A stretch of 64,000 nt of DNA from an uncultured Candidatus Rokubacteria bacterium (GTDB lineage: Bacteria > Methylomirabilota > Methylomirabilia > Rokubacteriales > CSP1-6): NCBI GenBank assembly GCA_963754315.1, contig CAVWFS010000016.1, positions 32,001-96,000 on the forward strand. The letters run 5' to 3'. A model generated the notes under the pieces. The model had not been told where the DNA came from. It worked only from the letters and a program-made list of their open reading frames with translations, and did not search any database. Positions 59,323 to 64,000 of this stretch are shown piece by piece; positions within the stretch are counted from its first letter, which is position 1; the number at the start of each line of letters is the position of its first letter. Position numbers and translations under genes: made by a program.

Positions 59323-60756
59323 ATGATCGACTTGGTCATTCGCAATGGTCGCGTGGTGACGCCGGCCGGCGTCATGCACGGTGGAGTCGCGGTGGCGGGG
59401 GAGGCGATCGTGGCGGTCGGAGCCGACCGGACCCTACCGCCGGCAAGACGGACGATCGACGCCCATGAGCAGTATGTCCTTCCTGGCCTCATCGACGCGC
59501 ACGTCCACATGGCCAGCGAGGAGGATGCCTCCATCGCTGCCGGCCTCGAGGCCAACATGCCCGTCGAGACCGAGGGGGCCCTCTACGGCGGGGTGACGAC
59601 CTTCGGCCACTTCGTGGGACAGCGCAACGAGCCTCTGGTGCCCAATGTGCTGACCACGATCCGCGAGGGCGACCGATGGTCGCACGTCGACTACTTCATG
59701 CACGCGATCGTCAGCACCGAGTCGCACTTCGCGGAGCAGCCCGAGGTCTACGGGCTCGGAGTCACCTCCTTCAAGCACTTCTTCAACGCCTACCGGCCCC
59801 GGCCAGGCGAGGGACTCTCGTGGCTCGGTGGGCCGTCCGACGCGGGCATGCTCTTCCGCTCGCTGCGCTTCTGCGCCGACGCCGAGCATCCAGGCGTGGT
59901 GATCGTCCACGCGGAGGATATCGATCTCATCGTCGTGCTTGAGGAAGAGCTGCAGGCCACCGGACGGCGCGACCTTGGCGCCTGGAGCGAGGCGCGGCCC
60001 AACGCGGCCGAGGCGAGCCGCATCGCCATGGCGATCGAGCTGGCCAAGCAGGCCGGGGCTCCTCTGTATGTCGCCCACCTGTCCACGGGTGAGGGCGCCG
60101 ACCTGGTGGCAGCCGCTCGGCGTGAGGGCTGGCCGCTTTGGGCGGAGGTGACGCCCCACCACCTGACCCACACCGGGGCCATGGAGGCGGAGATCGGATG
60201 CTGGGGCAAAGTGAATCCCCCGTTGCGCGGGGCCCGGGATCTCGAACGGTTGTGGCGGGCGTTTCACGATGGCGGGATCACCTGCCTCGGCTCTGACCAC
60301 GGGACAGGCGGACGGACGCGGGCGACCAAGGAGAAAGGCGGCGGCAAGCACGACAACATCTGGGCAGCGCGGTCGGGCAACCGCGGAGGGATGGAGCACT
60401 TCCTTCCGGTGCTGATGACGTCGGGGGTCAACGCAGGGCGAATCTCGATCGAGGATCTCGTGCGCGTCGGCTCGACGAACACCGCCAAGGCGTTCGGACT
60501 TTACCCGCGCAAAGGGGCCTTGATCCCGGGAGCAGACGCCGACATCGTCATCGTCGATCCGGACCTGGAGGCCACGGTGGATGACGATTTCTATCACTGC
60601 CTGTGCGAGGTCAGCGTCTACCGAGGGTGGAAATTCAAGGGACTGGCCCGGACGACGATGGTTCGGGGACGGATCATGATGGAGGATCGGGTCACCGTCG
60701 GTTCCACGGGGTGGGGCCGCTACCTGCCGCGTGGCCGCGAGGCGAGCACGGTCTGA
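59323..60756 (+). CDS. Cyclic amidohydrolase (dihydropyrimidinase/allantoinase/dihydroorotase family)
   Basis: IDAHVH, GGVTT, SFK, VHAED, HLST, KVNPPLR, GSDH, GADADIV. Confidence 0.9.
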   Translation: MIDLVIRNGRVVTPAGVMHGGVAVAGEAIVAVGADRTLPPARRTIDAHEQYVLPGLIDAHVHMASEEDASIAAGLEANMPVETEGALYGGVTTFGHFVGQRNEPLVPNVLTTIREGDRWSHVDYFMHAIVSTESHFAEQPEVYGLGVTSFKHFFNAYRPRPGEGLSWLGGPSDAGMLFRSLRFCADAEHPGVVIVHAEDIDLIVVLEEELQATGRRDLGAWSEARPNAAEASRIAMAIELAKQAGAPLYVAHLSTGEGADLVAAARREGWPLWAEVTPHHLTHTGAMEAEIGCWGKVNPPLRGARDLERLWRAFHDGGITCLGSDHGTGGRTRATKEKGGGKHDNIWAARSGNRGGMEHFLPVLMTSGVNAGRISIEDLVRVGSTNTAKAFGLYPRKGALIPGADADIVIVDPDLEATVDDDFYHCLCEVSVYRGWKFKGLARTTMVRGRIMMEDRVTVGSTGWGRYLPRGREASTV

Positions 60757-60793
60757 ACGGAGCACCAGGCTCGCCATGTGGGTCGACACGAGG

Positions 60794-61946
60794 TCAGGCG
60801 ATGAGCGTATCGGTCCAGAGGCGGTCGGCGAACACCCGCGAGGGGAGGATGTCGATTCCGTCGTCAGTGCGCCGAGGGCGCGACTCGAGACAGACGACGA
60901 TTCGGCGCTTCACCCGGGGGTACTCCTGGGCGAATTCGCGAAGCCCGACCAGGTGATCGCGGTGCACATTAGTGCTGGCCTTCGCCTCGATGGCGACCTC
61001 GGCGGCCTCGATGACAAAGTCCACCTCGATTCCGCTGGCGAGCCGCCAGTACGCAAGGTCCTCGAACGTCCGCCGGTACGCGCGGTATGCAGTCAGCTCG
61101 TGACATACCCAGTTCTCGAATGCCTTGCCGAATAGCTCCGCCCCGGGTTGGAGCGGACCTCGACGGGCGAGCAGATTCACCACACCCACGTCCGCGAAAT
61201 AGAATTTCGGGGACTGGATGACCCGGCGCTTTGGCCGACGACGATACGCCGGGAGCCATCGGCCCAGCAGGGTGTCGATCAGGATCTGGAAGTATTCCTT
61301 GACCGTGGGCGCAGATGCTCCACAGTCGCGGGCGACGCTCGCGAAGTTGACTACTTCGGCATCGGAGAGCACGGCGGCCTGGAGGAATCCCGAGAAGGTC
61401 GGGAGGTTGCGCACCGAGTCCTTCCGCCGCGATCTCCTCCTTGAGGTAGTCGTCGACATAGGCGCGGAGCATACGCTCGGGGAGACTCCCGAGATAGTGG
61501 CGGGGCAGATAGCCGTGGTTGAGCATTCGCACGACGTCGAACTCAGCCCCGATCTCCGCTGAGACTAGGCCGAAGAGCTCGTAGCGCAGGGCTCGTCCCC
61601 CGAGAAGATTGGCGGCGCCGCGGCGCACCTTGCGCGCGCTGGATCCGCACAGGACGAACCTCGTGCGGCGGTTCTCGATCAGCCAGTGGACCTCGTCGAG
61701 CAGGGCGGGCACCTTCTGGACCTCATCGATCACGACCAGAGATCCGGCCGGCTGGGCGAGCAATTCCTCGCGTAGGAGCGCCGGCCGCTGGGCATAGCGG
61801 GCAAAATCGTCCGTCTTCAACAAATCGATCCAGATCGCATCAGGGTACGTCGCCCGGAGCAGCGAGGTCTTGCCTGTCTGGCGCGGGCCCCAGAGGAAAA
61901 ACGACTGCTCTGGCCGCTCAGGGAGGACAAGCTGGCGACTCAGCAT
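60794..61946 (-). CDS. AAA+ ATPase with DUF4143 domain (frameshift near 61420)
   Basis: GPRQTGKT, IDEVQK, GSSARK, LLGGRA / PKFYFADVG, EVDFVI, IEAK. Confidence 0.88.
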
Positions 61947-62006
61947 CGATTTACTTTATCATGATAATCAAAACCTAAACTTTGTCGACTCAGCGAGGAG
62001 GCCACG

Positions 62007-63017
62007 ATGCGCGTCAAGTTCGGGATCAACTTCATGCCAACCGCCCCGCCCCCGGAGGTGGTGGGCTGGGCTCGGGAGGTGGAGCGGCTCGGCTACGAGA
62101 TCCTGGGGATCTCGGACTCCCAGTCAATCTGCCGGGACGTCTACGTCACCCTGGCCCTCTGCGCGACTCACACCGAGCGGATCCGCTTCGGATCACGAGT
62201 CATCACCCCGCTCACCAGGCACCCTGCCGTGGCGGCGGCGGCGGCCGGCACCTTGGAGGAGCTGGCGCCGGGGCGGACCATGATCGGCATCGGCAGCGGC
62301 GACAGCGCCGCCTATAACCTCGGCCTAAAGGCCGCTCCGCTCGCGGAGCTGCGCGAATACACCCTGACCGTGCGCGAGCTGCTGACGACGGGCACGGCCG
62401 TCTATCACGACAAGCCGGCGCGCTTGACCTGGACGCGCGCAAAGATCCCCATCTACCTGGCGGCGTCCGGACCCAAAACTCTGCGACTGGCCGGGGAGAT
62501 CGCCGATGGGGTCGTCATCCGCACGGGGCTCTTGCCCGAGATCGTGCGCGACTCGATCGATCAGGTCCGCGCCGGCGCTCGGGCCGCTGGGCGGAATCCC
62601 GAAGAGGTCGACATGTGGTGGTGGCCAGACGTGAACGTCGCGGGTAGCTATCGCGAGGCCGTCGAGGAGATCGCCATGTCCCTCGCCGCGGCTGGCAACC
62701 ATCTGACCCGCTTCACGACCGAGGGCAAGCACATTCCGCCCGAGCTGCTGCCGAAGGTGAGGGAGCTGGGGGCGCGCTACACGTTCGCCGATCATGTCAT
62801 GCCGGGCAGCGCTAACTGCCGGCTGATCCAGGAGCTGGGGCTGGTGGACTACCTGGCCGAACGGTTCGCGGCCGTTGGAACTCCGGCTGACTGCATCGCC
62901 AAGCTCGAGCGCGCGGTGGAAGCGGGCGCCCGGCAGTTCTGGATGAGCGTCCACTTCGACGACAAGATCCGGTTCATGCGCGACTGGGCCACGAAGGTCA
63001 TGCCAGCTTTTCGCTGA
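62007..63017 (+). CDS. LLM-class oxidoreductase (Mer-like)
   Basis: SDSQ, TRHP, GIGSGDS, IPIYLAASGPKTLRLAGEIADG. Confidence 0.9.
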   Translation: MRVKFGINFMPTAPPPEVVGWAREVERLGYEILGISDSQSICRDVYVTLALCATHTERIRFGSRVITPLTRHPAVAAAAAGTLEELAPGRTMIGIGSGDSAAYNLGLKAAPLAELREYTLTVRELLTTGTAVYHDKPARLTWTRAKIPIYLAASGPKTLRLAGEIADGVVIRTGLLPEIVRDSIDQVRAGARAAGRNPEEVDMWWWPDVNVAGSYREAVEEIAMSLAAAGNHLTRFTTEGKHIPPELLPKVRELGARYTFADHVMPGSANCRLIQELGLVDYLAERFAAVGTPADCIAKLERAVEAGARQFWMSVHFDDKIRFMRDWATKVMPAFR

Positions 63018-63100
63018 GGCGCGGGCCCAGGAGGGGCGGCCCATCGACACTCCCCGGTGCTCGACCCGCTGTGCCCGGTGATCTTGTACTGCCGCGCCAC

Positions 63101-63836
63101 TCACCGGATTGTCTTGAGGGAGCGTCTGCGGCCTGGTCCCGCAGCCAGTCGTCTGCACCCGGCAGCGTTCGGATCGAAGGGCCGCAGGCTGTAGTAGGCA
63201 ATCAGCGGGAAGTAGCGGTCGGCAAGGCGCCGCAGTTCACGCACTGGCTCGGGGTTCAGATCTACACGCAGGTCGACAGTCGCGAAGGGCTCGCGGTCGA
63301 CGACGTAGAGTCCGGCCGACTGCTCGCCGTCGGGCTGGCCGCCTGCGCGCTTGCCCTCCTCGAGGGCGGCAAGCAGGCGCTCCCACAGCGGTCTGGTCGT
63401 GCTCGGCCTGGAAACTGGTGAACATGGCGTCGACCACGTCGGGCCCGACCACCGCGTTGGCGGCCGCGACCACGTTGCGGGCCGCACGGTGCCCGGCCCA
63501 GGGGCGGTTGCCGGATCCCGTACGGCCGGCGGCGTGGCCGCTCACGTCGAGGCATCCGAGCTGCCGCCGCTCCGCGTGCGTGTCGCTGGCCGCGATCTCC
63601 TCGAGCGCCCGGGGTGCCGAGTAGCCGGGCCGCATCAGGTTGAGGCCGAGAAAGCCGAGGCGTGGATTCGTGCTGGCCTGGGTGAGGACGGCCCCGACGT
63701 TGGGCGCCACGTGAATGCAGCGCGAGCCGACCGCCATCTCGCTGGTGGCAATCGCGACGCCCAGCATGCCCGTGCGCTCACACCGCCCGATCAGCGAGAA
63801 CGTCGTGAACTCGATACCGAGCGTGTCCACGAGCAC
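63101..63836 (-). CDS. DUF1028 (Ntn-hydrolase-like) protein, frameshifted, 3' end uncertain
   Basis: TFSLIGRC, VGSRC, TQA, RRQLG / RLLAALEEG..AGG, SAGL, VDLRVD. Confidence 0.85.
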
Positions 63837-64000
63837 CTCCAGTCACGTCCGTAGTGCCCATAGAGTAGCCGAGTCGGCGGCCCGTGGGCCCAGACGGTGG
63901 GCTAGAATCAGCTCAGATGAGTGAACAGGAACAGCGGAGCAGCGCGCCGGCAGTACCGGAGTCTGTGCCTGAGCCGTTCCGTACGGCCCTGGTAGTCGCC

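Noticed and set aside
10900..64000. Integrative element at tmRNA or tRNA-Leu
   Set aside because: No integrase and no duplicated tmRNA/tRNA 3' end seen in this window; one could lie outside it.

Overview
GC-rich bacterial chromosome segment. Gene content and style resemble Candidatus Rokubacteria/Methylomirabilota (inference, not proven). The first ~11 kb is core: 3' part of mnmA, atpFHAGDC (atpB/atpE absent), HD-GYP, two DUF507-like genes, ubiX, tRNA-Leu(CAG), smpB and tmRNA. The rest is an accessory mosaic: LLM oxidoreductases, a SorAB-like sulfite dehydrogenase, an 8-gene operon behind a sigma54 promoter (ROK, hydrolase-glycosyltransferase fusion, OsmC, methyltransferase, truncated globin, V4R-like/GAF kinase, REC-cyclase, NtrC-type activator), a thaumatin-like secreted protein, a UGSC selenoprotein with a SECIS-like hairpin, six toxin-antitoxin pairs, ABC transporters, PhoX and amidohydrolases. 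Many genes, including atpD, are frameshifted, so most frameshifts are probably long-read errors. The best candidates for undescribed biology are the sigma54 operon, several of whose members lack canonical catalytic residues, and the UGSC selenoprotein pair. All product calls come from motif recognition by eye; no searches were run.
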